DNA from: Candidatus Heimdallarchaeota archaeon
GTDB lineage: Archaea; Asgardarchaeota; Heimdallarchaeia; Heimdallarchaeales; Heimdallarchaeaceae
Length of the DNA: 64,000 bases
NCBI GenBank assembly: GCA_019057815.1
Contig: JAHLWR010000004.1
Span: 154,617 to 218,616 of the forward strand
Reading direction: 5' to 3'
A program made the position numbers and the translations under genes. Positions 38,404 through 47,782 of the stretch are shown here, one piece after another. The notes below the pieces were generated by a model. That model was given only the letters and a program-made list of their open reading frames with translations. It was not told the origin of the DNA and ran no database searches. Position 1 is the first letter of the stretch; each line of letters starts with the position of its first letter.

Positions 38404-39390
38404 ATGCAAAAAAAAGGGTTAAATCAACGAATGTCAGGAGAAAAAAGCACTATCCCTTTGCAAGTAAAGGAGAAATTAGAGAAACAGCAGTACAGGATAG
38501 CTGGAAAACATTCTGCTGTTAAGACTTGTGCTTGGTTGAAACATTCGCTGAAAGGGGAAGGAGTTTGTTATAAACAGAAATTCTACGGGATAAAATCTCA
38601 TCAGTGTCTACAATGTACTCCAGCAACAATTTGGTGTAACCTCAAATGTATTTTCTGCTGGAGAAGTGCTTCTTGGTATAATAAAACAAGAATGGGAAAT
38701 GATGTAGATGAACCTTCAGTAATCGTTGATGAGATGATTAAACAACAGCGAAAACTTCTTGCAGGATATAATGCTCATCCCAAAGTACCACATGAACTTT
38801 ATAAGGAAGCTATGAACCCCAGACATGCAGCAATATCGTTAAGTGGCGAACCAACCTTTTATCCTAAAATAAACGAGTTAATAGAAGAATTTCATTCAAG
38901 AAAAATGACAACTTTTCTTGTAACAAATGGTACAACTCCTGAGGTACTAGCAAATCTGGATTCTTTACCAACACAACTGTATGTTACACTAATTGCTCCT
39001 AACGAAGAATTGTTCAAGAAAACAGCTAGACCTTCAGAAAAGGGAGCTTGGGAAAAAGTAATGGAAACAATAGATTTACTACCATCGATAAAAACACGTA
39101 AAGTATTAAGGTTAACACTAGTTCCAGGATATAACATGTTAGAACCAGCAGAATATGCAAAACTGTTTTTACGATCAGAAGCGCATTTTCTAGAACCGAA
39201 AGGTTTCATGAGTGTAGGTGATGCAAGAAAGAGAATTCCTTATGACAAAATGCCTAGATATCCAAAAATACTCCAGTTTTCAGAGGAAATAATAAAGGGT
39301 ACAGAACTAAAAATTATAGATGAAAAGGAAGATTCAGCTGTAACTCTAATAGCTAAGAAAGATTACGATTGGAGAATAATGAAATTCTGA
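38404..39390 (+). CDS. taw1: 4-demethylwyosine synthase TYW1 (radical SAM)
   Basis: HSAVKTCAW, CYKQKFYGI.SHQC, CNLKCIFCWR, HAAISLSGEPT, FLVTNGT. Confidence 0.96.
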   Translation: MQKKGLNQRMSGEKSTIPLQVKEKLEKQQYRIAGKHSAVKTCAWLKHSLKGEGVCYKQKFYGIKSHQCLQCTPATIWCNLKCIFCWRSASWYNKTRMGNDVDEPSVIVDEMIKQQRKLLAGYNAHPKVPHELYKEAMNPRHAAISLSGEPTFYPKINELIEEFHSRKMTTFLVTNGTTPEVLANLDSLPTQLYVTLIAPNEELFKKTARPSEKGAWEKVMETIDLLPSIKTRKVLRLTLVPGYNMLEPAEYAKLFLRSEAHFLEPKGFMSVGDARKRIPYDKMPRYPKILQFSEEIIKGTELKIIDEKEDSAVTLIAKKDYDWRIMKF

Positions 39391-39520
39391 AGAAATCAAT
39401 AATATAACAAAGACATCTAAAAAAATAATTAAAGGAAGAAACTGAGTATACCATTTTCAACATTTTCTTCAGACTTAGTATTTGGAGAAGTAAGGTTTGA
39501 CATTTCTTATAGTAATTTCA

Positions 39521-39592
39521 ATCACTTTGAAGCGATACCGTTTTTTACGAGATTCCTTTACTCCTACGAAAGATTTAAATTTCCTAAAGCAA
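39521..39592 (+). promoter_or_regulatory. Upstream element shared with 42122-42193 (duplicated promoter of the NosD paralogs)
   Basis: atcactt..aagc...gattccttt...tacgaaa...taaatt(t)cctaaagcaa precedes both genes. Confidence 0.6.
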
Positions 39593-39628
39593 ACAATAGG
39601 TGAATCAATCATTTTTGAAGGTTAAATT

Positions 39629-42055
39629 ATGAAAAAGCGATCAAAACAATCTAAAGTTTCAAGATTTTTATTTGTTTCAATTTTAATTGTTGGAATAAGT
39701 ATGTTCACTAGTATGAGAGTAAACGCTACAACTGTTTCTTACGACCCACCCTTTCTCTCCTCATTAACCCCACATGATCCAATATCCATTACTTCTGATA
39801 GCAATTTCACATATTATAGTTTTCTTGGTTCAGGAACTGTTGATTACCCTTATCTTATTGATGGTTACAATATAACAACAACAGATTTTAGAGGTATTTC
39901 TATCACTGATACAACAAAACATTTTGTTATTAGTAACTGCTATGTTGACGCAACATATTATGGCATTTATATCGTTGATGTAGCATATGGTACAGCATCT
40001 GTCATTAATAACACTTGCAGCAACAATAACGATTATGGCATCTTACTTTGGTCTTCTGATAGTTCTACTGTTGCAAACAACACTTGTAGCAACAATGGCA
40101 TTGACGGCATCTATCTTTTGTCTTCTGATAGTTCGACGGTTTCAAACAACACGTGCAGCAACAATAACGATTACGGCATCGAGCTTTCTGGTTCTGGGAG
40201 TTCGACGGTTTCAAACAACACGTGTAGCAACAATGGCTATAATGGCATCTATATAGACTCTTCTGGGAGCTCGACGGTTTCAAACAACACGTGCAACTAT
40301 AACTCGAAAGGCATCGATTTTATGAGTTCTGATAGTTCGACGGTTTCAAACAACACATGCAATAATAACTGGGTCGGTATCTGGTTTGTCTACTCTGATT
40401 TTTGTAATATTACTTACAATCTTTTACAAGAAAATGAAATCTATGGAGTATACTTAGTAGACAATTCTTATAATAATAACATTCACCATAATACCTTTGT
40501 AGACAATCATGTAGAAGTACTTTCACAAGCAAAAGATGGTGGAGCTAACAACTATTGGTATGATACTGAAACACTTGAAGGAAACTATTGGGACGATTGG
40601 TCAGGAACAGGCTCTTATTCTATTGATGGTACTGCTGGGGCAATCGATCTTTACCCTCTTGATGAACCAACTGTTTACCTTGGTCCTCCTGTTATTACAA
40701 ACATCATCCACTCTCCCTCTTCTCCAACAGAACTCGATGCTATTATTATTAATGCTATTGTCACTAACCCTCATGGTGTGCAATCAGTTACTCTTCACTA
40801 TAGAGTCAATAGTGGAACATGGATAGAAGTTAGTTTGACTCTTGTGAGTGGTGATCTCTATTCTGTAACAATCGGTCCTTTTGCAGTTAGCGACACTATT
40901 GAATATTATATCACTGCAGTAGACGACTCTATCCACCACAATGAAGTTACAGATGATAACTCTGGCTTATATTATTCTTTTACAATCGATTCTTCTGACA
41001 ATACTGGTCCTGTAATTAACGATATCGTACACTCTCCCTCTTCTCCAACAGAACTCGATACTATTACTATTAATGCTACTGTCACTGATACTTCAGGCGT
41101 GCAAAGTATTACTCTCCATTACAGGGTTAATGGTGGAACATGGATAGAAGTTAGTATGACACTTGTGAGTGGTGATATTTATACTGTCACTCTTGGTTCT
41201 TTTACAATTGGTGTTAATATTGAATATTATATCACTGCCGTAGACGACTCTATCCACCACAATGAAGTTACAGAGGATAATAGCGGACAATACTATGACA
41301 TATTGGTAGGTTCTTCGGATGTTACTGGTCCTATAATTAACGATATTGTATACTCTCCTTCTTTACCAACAGAACTCGATACTGTTACTATTAATGCTAC
41401 TGTCACTGATGATTCAGGTGTGCAAAGTGTTACTCTCTATTACAAGATCAATGATGGATCATGGCAGACAATCAGTATGACACTTGTGAGTGGTGATATT
41501 TATTCTGTAACTATCGGTCCTTTTGCAGTTAGTAACAATGTTGAATATTATATTACTGCTGTAGACAACTCCATTAATCACAATGAAGTTACAGAGGATA
41601 ATGGAGGGTTCTATTATGTTTTAACAATAGGTTCTTCTGATGTTATTGGTCCTATTATTACAGATATTATTCATTCTCCCTCTACTCCTAAAGAACTAGA
41701 TACTATTAGTATCAATGCTACTGTCACCGATGATTCAGGTATTTATAATGTTACACTCCATTACAGGATTAATGATGGAAATTGGATAGAAGTTAGTATG
41801 ACTCTTAAAAGTGGTGATCTTTATAATGTAACAATAGGTCCTTTTGCAGTTGGTGACATTATAGAATATTACGTTAGTGCTATAGATAATTCTGCTAGTC
41901 ACAATGAAACTACAGAGGATAACGCTGGTCTATATTACTCATTTACTGTTGCTGAGGTTATACCAGAGTTTCAAATGTTCTCTCTTCTCCTCCCTGTGAT
42001 AGTTTTTCTATTTTTAGGCTTTGGTTTAGTAGTACTGCATCGAAGAAAGAAATAA
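39629..42055 (+). CDS. NosD/right-handed beta-helix surface glycoprotein with 4 Ig-like repeats and PEF-CTERM anchor
   Basis: GSGT..PY.I, repeated GIxLxxSxSSTVxNNTC, EGNYWDDW, four ~107-aa repeats, IPEF-TM-RRKK. Confidence 0.92.
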   Translation: MKKRSKQSKVSRFLFVSILIVGISMFTSMRVNATTVSYDPPFLSSLTPHDPISITSDSNFTYYSFLGSGTVDYPYLIDGYNITTTDFRGISITDTTKHFVISNCYVDATYYGIYIVDVAYGTASVINNTCSNNNDYGILLWSSDSSTVANNTCSNNGIDGIYLLSSDSSTVSNNTCSNNNDYGIELSGSGSSTVSNNTCSNNGYNGIYIDSSGSSTVSNNTCNYNSKGIDFMSSDSSTVSNNTCNNNWVGIWFVYSDFCNITYNLLQENEIYGVYLVDNSYNNNIHHNTFVDNHVEVLSQAKDGGANNYWYDTETLEGNYWDDWSGTGSYSIDGTAGAIDLYPLDEPTVYLGPPVITNIIHSPSSPTELDAIIINAIVTNPHGVQSVTLHYRVNSGTWIEVSLTLVSGDLYSVTIGPFAVSDTIEYYITAVDDSIHHNEVTDDNSGLYYSFTIDSSDNTGPVINDIVHSPSSPTELDTITINATVTDTSGVQSITLHYRVNGGTWIEVSMTLVSGDIYTVTLGSFTIGVNIEYYITAVDDSIHHNEVTEDNSGQYYDILVGSSDVTGPIINDIVYSPSLPTELDTVTINATVTDDSGVQSVTLYYKINDGSWQTISMTLVSGDIYSVTIGPFAVSNNVEYYITAVDNSINHNEVTEDNGGFYYVLTIGSSDVIGPIITDIIHSPSTPKELDTISINATVTDDSGIYNVTLHYRINDGNWIEVSMTLKSGDLYNVTIGPFAVGDIIEYYVSAIDNSASHNETTEDNAGLYYSFTVAEVIPEFQMFSLLLPVIVFLFLGFGLVVLHRRKK
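40000..40380 (+). repeat. 66/69-bp beta-helix coil repeats
   Basis: tcgacggtttcaaacaacac recurs near 40133, 40202, 40271 and 40337. Confidence 0.9.
40682..41950 (+). repeat. Four ~321-bp intragenic repeats (Ig-like domains)
   Basis: GP.I..I.(H/Y)SPS..PTELD units near 40682, 41006, 41327 and 41648. Confidence 0.92.
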
Positions 42056-42230
42056 TTTCTTCCTTCTTTCCTTCCTTCCTTTTTTTCTTTCCTTTTCTTT
42101 AGCATATTTATAAAAATTTCAAATCACTTCAAAGCTGTAACATCTTTTATGGGATTCCTTTTCGCTTACGAAAAAGTTAAATTCCTAAAGCAATAAAGGG
42201 TACCAATATAACGTTCTTATAAGTGAAATT

Positions 42231-43805
42231 ATGCAAAAGCACTCAAAACAATCTAATGTTTCAATTCGAAGATTTTTATGTGTTTCAATGTTAATTGTTG
42301 GTATAAGTATTTTCTCTAGTATAAGCTTAAATGCTACAACTATCCCTTCCAACCCACTCTCTTACTCATCATTAACCTCACATGATCCTATATTCATTAC
42401 TTCTGACAGTGGACTGGAGGTTTTTCTAGGCTCTGGAACGGAAGAAGATCCTTATGTTATTGAAGGATATAGCATTACAACAACAAATTATGCAGGTATT
42501 TACATTAGTGGTACAACAAAATACTTTGTTATTCGTAACAGCTATGTTGACGCAGAATATGTTGGCATTGATATCAGTGATGTGACTGATGAAACAGCAA
42601 CTGTCATTAACAACACGTGCAAAAATAACAACTCTGGCATTTGGCTTCAATATTCTGTTGGTTCTACTGTTGTCAACAACACTTGTAACAGTGGTTACTA
42701 TGGCATCAAGCTTTCCTCTTCTAGTAGTTCTACAGTGGCAAACAACACTTGTAACAGTAATTACTATGGCATCAAGCTTTCCAATTCTGGCAGTTCTACC
42801 GTTGCTAACAACAAGTGCAACAACAATAACTGGGACTGTATCTACCTTCAACATTCTGGGAGTTCTACTGTTGCCAACAATACTTCTAGTAATTGTGGTT
42901 TAGGGATAATAGAAAATACCGTTGATGCTTATCTCTCGTATACCTTAGAGAATAATTGGGTGAATGGGAAAAAACTAGGTTTTTACACTAACCTTGACTC
43001 TACAACGATTGATGAACAAGTTTATGGGCAGATGATATTAGTCAATTGTACTAATGTTACAGTACGTGACCAAATATTAAATAGCGCTACAACTGGTCTA
43101 TTTCTCTACTCCTGCACATGTTTAGTTGTTATTAACAACACGTGCAACAATAACAACAGAGGTATCTTTCTTTTGGGTTCTGGTAGTTCGACTGTCGCAA
43201 ACAACACGTGCAACAACAACCGGGAAGGCATCGGGCTTTGGTCTTCTGGTAGTTCGACTGTCGCAAACAGCACATGCAACAACAACCGGGAAGGCATCTA
43301 TCTTTCATCTTCAGGTAGTTCAGATGTCATTAACAATATATGCAACAACAACTGGCATGGCATCGCTCTTTGGTCTTCTGATTTTTGTGTCATAACTTAC
43401 AATCTTCTACAAGGAAATGAAAAATATGGAGTATACTTAAATGAAGGCGATGGAGGTTACTACTTAGGATTCGATTCTGATAATAATCTTATTCACCATA
43501 ATACCTTTGTAGACAATAATCTAGGAGGAACTTCCCAGGGGTATGATGGTGGTACTAACAACTTTTGGTATGATACTGCAACACTTGAAGGTAATTTTTG
43601 GTCCGATTGGTCAGGAACAGGTTCTTATTATATTCAAGGTTCTGCAAGTTCAATCCAAGGTTCTACAATTTCAATCGATCCTTACCCTCTTGACGAACCT
43701 GTTGAATATTCTACAGACGAAACTCAAATATTTTTCACTTTTACTCTACTATTAGTATTAGTTCCTTTGTTACTCACAAAATTATTCTCTCGAAAAAGAC
43801 GATAA
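42231..43805 (+). CDS. NosD/beta-helix surface glycoprotein
   Basis: Paralog of 39629; NNTC repeats, NWVNGKKLG insert, EGNFWSDW, TM-RKRR. Confidence 0.92.
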   Translation: MQKHSKQSNVSIRRFLCVSMLIVGISIFSSISLNATTIPSNPLSYSSLTSHDPIFITSDSGLEVFLGSGTEEDPYVIEGYSITTTNYAGIYISGTTKYFVIRNSYVDAEYVGIDISDVTDETATVINNTCKNNNSGIWLQYSVGSTVVNNTCNSGYYGIKLSSSSSSTVANNTCNSNYYGIKLSNSGSSTVANNKCNNNNWDCIYLQHSGSSTVANNTSSNCGLGIIENTVDAYLSYTLENNWVNGKKLGFYTNLDSTTIDEQVYGQMILVNCTNVTVRDQILNSATTGLFLYSCTCLVVINNTCNNNNRGIFLLGSGSSTVANNTCNNNREGIGLWSSGSSTVANSTCNNNREGIYLSSSGSSDVINNICNNNWHGIALWSSDFCVITYNLLQGNEKYGVYLNEGDGGYYLGFDSDNNLIHHNTFVDNNLGGTSQGYDGGTNNFWYDTATLEGNFWSDWSGTGSYYIQGSASSIQGSTISIDPYPLDEPVEYSTDETQIFFTFTLLLVLVPLLLTKLFSRKRR

Positions 43806-43986
43806 GAAGATTAAATGATAGTTTTTTCTTCTTCTTTTTCAACTTTTTTTCCTTTTTAATCCTCTTTAAACGTGCAGAATAGCGATTAAGCAGAAATCCT
43901 TCCTTTGATTATCTTTTGATAAGGATTTAATAACTACAATTATAAATATTTAAGAAAGATTATTTCTTCCATTGTTTTGATACTTA

Positions 43987-44378
43987 TGGTTGATGAAGAG
44001 AATAAAACAAACATCGAGCTCACTGGTCTTCCTAAGACTATCTTTGATGAAGTAATGGACGAAATTGAAGAAGAATTTGAAGAAAGTTTGGGCGAGATAA
44101 TCGCTATGGAGAAACTTGAAGAGATTATTGGAAAAATAAAAAGAAACGTTAAAGAAAAGGTTGTAGAAACGATTAAAAAGAATTTCTCAGAAGAAATGAA
44201 TGATGTTAAAAAAATGATTCTAGGTGAAAAATTAGCTAGAATTGTAACATCAGAATCAAAGAAAAGGTTACAAGATCTCGTTTCCCAAGTGATAAGAAAT
44301 ACACTAGATGTTATTGATGAGTTAAGAAACGAAATTATTGGAGAAGTTTTTGAAGAAACTGAGAAAAAAGAAGAATAA
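43987..44378 (+). CDS. Acidic helical hypothetical protein
   Basis: E/K-rich amphipathic helices; ATG at 43987 (ORF open from 43977). Confidence 0.7.
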
Positions 44379-44598
44379 TGCTCTGTTAAAGAAGAATTGA
44401 TTATTTTGGAATGATTTGTAAAAGATGTCAAAACATTCAACGTTCTTTCCTTTCTTTCATAATTTTCCTTCATCTAATTTCACTTTCAATCTAAACATTT
44501 TTTCATCTTAAAATCTTGATGAAATTATACTTTTTTTCACTTTTTAATAAATTAAAGCAAAAAACATTAATATATTTCAAAGCTCTAGTTTCTTTAGA

Positions 44599-45714
44599 AT
44601 GGGCAAAATTGGAAAATTAATAAAACAACTTGAAGATGATGACCCTTCAGTACGCGAATATGCTATTCTAGAACTTGGAGAGTTAAGAGACACTCAAGCT
44701 GTAAATCCATTAATTAAGATTATACAACAGGACACCATCGAAAATAGGGGATATGCTATCGTAGCACTGTCTGAAATTGGTGATCATAGCGCAATAGAGA
44801 TACTCATTTTTTGTCTTATGGATAATGAAGTGAGTGTGAGATTAGCAGCATCAAGATCGTTAGGTAAATTCTCTTCGCCTCAAGCAATATCAGCTTTATT
44901 GGTCTCTTTAAAGAAAGATCCTTCAGAACAAGTAAGAAGTAGATCAGCTTTATCTTTAGGGGGGATAGGGTCAGAAATCTCTGTTCCTGATCTTCTAAAA
45001 GAGAGTAAAGTAGAACATGCTCCTACTCTACTTTATTCGATAGATACTGCTCTAAAAATGATAGCTAAGAAAAATGGCTATGAAAGTATGGATGAACTAG
45101 TTCAGAGTGTTAAAGTACAAGTGACTAAACATTTGGAAAAACCTGAAACTGAACAATTAAGTGAGAAAGAAATAATAGAAATGATTCCTAATCTTTGGGC
45201 ATATATTCGTAAGTTTGTGATTCAACAACTAGAAGGGATTCAAACAATGTTGAGTGTTGAATCAAATGAAAAATCAGCAGAAACGAAAATAGCAGAAATA
45301 CTGGGAGAAAAATTCTGGCAATTCTCTAACTTTCTCGAAAGGCATAACAATTTGACGTTCTCTGATTTCCAGACCGATATGCTATGGCAGATGTGCTGGG
45401 ACACTTCTAGACCTATAAGGGTAGAAATATTCCAGATGATTAAAGACCATAGGACAGAAATACACGAATTAGACAGATACAGAAAATGGCTTGATACTAT
45501 AGAAGACGAAAAAGAAAAAACCGAAACAATTTATGGAGAACCAATCTTGCCCAAGCCTGTTCCAATAACAACAGTAAAAGATGAAGCAAAAGAAACAGCT
45601 GCTAATTTGGTAAGGTCAATTTCAGGAGAAATAGAAGAAATAATGGACAAGTATTCTGCATGGAAAGGAAAAATAGCAGAAGATGAAGATAAAGATAGCT
45701 TTGAAATAGAATAG
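44599..45714 (+). CDS. HEAT (PBS-lyase-like) repeat protein with helical C-domain
   Basis: DDDPSVREYAILELG, DNEVSVRLAASRSLG, DPSEQVRSRSALSLG. Confidence 0.9.
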   Translation: MGKIGKLIKQLEDDDPSVREYAILELGELRDTQAVNPLIKIIQQDTIENRGYAIVALSEIGDHSAIEILIFCLMDNEVSVRLAASRSLGKFSSPQAISALLVSLKKDPSEQVRSRSALSLGGIGSEISVPDLLKESKVEHAPTLLYSIDTALKMIAKKNGYESMDELVQSVKVQVTKHLEKPETEQLSEKEIIEMIPNLWAYIRKFVIQQLEGIQTMLSVESNEKSAETKIAEILGEKFWQFSNFLERHNNLTFSDFQTDMLWQMCWDTSRPIRVEIFQMIKDHRTEIHELDRYRKWLDTIEDEKEKTETIYGEPILPKPVPITTVKDEAKETAANLVRSISGEIEEIMDKYSAWKGKIAEDEDKDSFEIE

Positions 45715-45760
45715 AGATCTTTTGTAAATTTCGTTGTTATATGGTTTACGAGGGAAGGAC

Positions 45761-46696
45761 ATGACAAAACGTATATTTAAAATGTTGATGTATGATCAAC
45801 TTAAGATACTAGAGAAGACAAAATATGATACATTAATGGATGGGTATCTCTCTCGTTCGCATTTCAACTCAATTGGTGTTTCATTTCTTGTGTGGTCTGA
45901 AAAAACAAGTCAAAATGATGAAAATCTTTTACAGATATGGAATATTAACCAAAATCCAAGGTTCGCAAATATACATGAAATACATGCTAGAGGAAGTATA
46001 GGGATAATTATAACTTTTGACGCATCAGAATATGGCTTTGCAGAGAAACTAGAAGAGCAAATTAATGACTATATGTTAAGTAGTAAAATTGAACCTCTGA
46101 TTATTGGTTTGTATGGCTGGGTTCCCTATAATACACAAGATCAAATCGATGCAGAATATATAGATGAAGCTAAAATTTATTTAAAATCGACCATTGAAGA
46201 AGAATGGGATGTTTATGTAAAAATTTATATGCATTCAGGTGAGGAAAACCTGTTTTTCAAACTCCTTCAGGAGATGAGCAGAATTGCAGTTAATGAATCC
46301 ATAACCTTTTACAAAAAACAATCTGTTAAAAAACATAATTCTCTTATTGCAGTAATAAACAAAATGGTAGAACTGTTTCCACAGCTGGAAAATAGACTGG
46401 AACTGGTCGAAGAGGGAGTTAGAATAACAGGAAAGATCAAGACATATTTGATTGATACAAAAGGTAGTTCATACATATATGATGGTAAAAAAATGACCAG
46501 TCTATGTCTTGAAGATTCTAACTCTCAATCAAAGCAAAGGTACAGAATAGCTCTTGCATCATTAAAAAAACTCTTAGATGATGATAATCAATTCATCAAC
46601 CCCTCGATAATTAAAATACTTTCAAAAACATTTTATCTATTAAATGATGATTACTTTATGCAAATAGATGATATTTTTAAAAAGCAAATATTTTAG
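45761..46696 (+). CDS. Degenerate Rab-like small GTPase fused to a DUF4132-C-terminal-like domain
   Basis: FKMLMY (no P-loop), SIGVSF, LQIWN...RF, RGSIGIIITFD; C-terminal VRITGKIKTYLI...LCL...KILSK..LL.DD...KQI. ORF is open from 45734. Confidence 0.7.
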   Translation: MTKRIFKMLMYDQLKILEKTKYDTLMDGYLSRSHFNSIGVSFLVWSEKTSQNDENLLQIWNINQNPRFANIHEIHARGSIGIIITFDASEYGFAEKLEEQINDYMLSSKIEPLIIGLYGWVPYNTQDQIDAEYIDEAKIYLKSTIEEEWDVYVKIYMHSGEENLFFKLLQEMSRIAVNESITFYKKQSVKKHNSLIAVINKMVELFPQLENRLELVEEGVRITGKIKTYLIDTKGSSYIYDGKKMTSLCLEDSNSQSKQRYRIALASLKKLLDDDNQFINPSIIKILSKTFYLLNDDYFMQIDDIFKKQIF

Positions 46697-46749
46697 TTGT
46701 AATACCTCGATAGTACTTATTAAGGTATTCCGACATAAAGTATATATGC

Positions 46750-46986
46750 ATGGAGCGGTGCGTACTAAATACTGATTCGATGGGGTTCAAATTGACTAAT
46801 AAATTAATCACTTTTAAGGTTACAGACAACATGGTCAAAGAAATGGACAAAATGTTGAGAGAAGGTAACTATCGATCAAGATCAGAGATGGTAAGGGAAA
46901 CACTGGCAGAGTTCATTGGAAAAGAATATTATGAAGGAGAGATACCAGAAAATTCAGTCATTAAGCTAAAAAGGATAATTTCATAA
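46750..46986 (+). CDS. Ribbon-helix-helix (CopG/NikR-like) protein
   Basis: LITFKVTDNMVKEMDKML.EG.YRSRSEMVRE. Confidence 0.85.
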   Translation: MERCVLNTDSMGFKLTNKLITFKVTDNMVKEMDKMLREGNYRSRSEMVRETLAEFIGKEYYEGEIPENSVIKLKRIIS

Positions 46987-47162
46987 TATAAACCTTAGTG
47001 AGAGGGTAAAAGCGATTTAGGCGATGACACTGTGCCTTATATAACTAGGTAATCAGTTAAACAATAATTCAATTATCTATTCTGTTTGTAATGAAATGTA
47101 TATATTGTGCATTACAAAAAAATGTGAATTCGTGAGTGTGAAAACTCCTGTCAGCTCCTCTA

Positions 47163-47720
47163 TTAAAAGAATCCTTCAATGTCGATGTTTTTTTTGTTGA
47201 GATAGAAAACAAGTTGTAGTTTGATCTTATTGATTAGTGATCTAATTATTTGCTTGCTAGGGATTTTGGGTAATCCTTTTCTAAAATTCCTGTAGAAGTA
47301 ATCTTCAAGTTCTCTTGAGATCATAGCGTAGAATGGCATATAAGTTTCAGGAAATATAAGGAAAACAACTAATGGAACTTTCAGGATTTCATTGTCAATG
47401 GGGTTCTTTTTGTTAACCAACAAATCAATTGCAAGAGCATAATTGGAAGTTTTGGGTATTTGAACTATCCCTCTGATTTTTGCTGTATTTTCAGGCCCAT
47501 AATCGACTCCTCCCATGAGAAAACTGAACATTTTTAGATTAAGGTGTAATAAAGCTTGATGATCAAGAAGAGAGTCATTATACAATATTTCAGGACCTGT
47601 TGTTTCATCAAAAATAGAAAATACAAAGTGTGTTTTGTCAATTAACATTTTTTCTTGGTTAGATAAGACTTCATTTAGGTAAGCTTCAAATCTAGAAGAT
47701 GTAATACTCATAGTTCTCAC
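47163..47720 (-). CDS. uDENN/NPRL2-like longin domain protein
   Basis: FVFSIFDETTGPEILY (hhxxFDxxxGP motif), followed by an alpha/beta longin-like pattern. Confidence 0.62.
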   Translation of the reverse strand: MRTMSITSSRFEAYLNEVLSNQEKMLIDKTHFVFSIFDETTGPEILYNDSLLDHQALLHLNLKMFSFLMGGVDYGPENTAKIRGIVQIPKTSNYALAIDLLVNKKNPIDNEILKVPLVVFLIFPETYMPFYAMISRELEDYFYRNFRKGLPKIPSKQIIRSLINKIKLQLVFYLNKKNIDIEGFF

Positions 47721-47782
47721 AATATAATAATGAGATTAGTATAAAAACCAGCTAAAGAAGTGTAAGACATTAAACGATGAGA

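Noticed and set aside
39629-43805. Diversity-generating retroelement targeting the NosD genes
   Set aside because: No reverse transcriptase and no TR/VR pair with adenine-specific mismatches was seen.
43940-44473. 177-aa minus-strand Ser/Phe/Ile-rich ORF
   Set aside because: Complement of the E/K-rich gene at 43987-44378.
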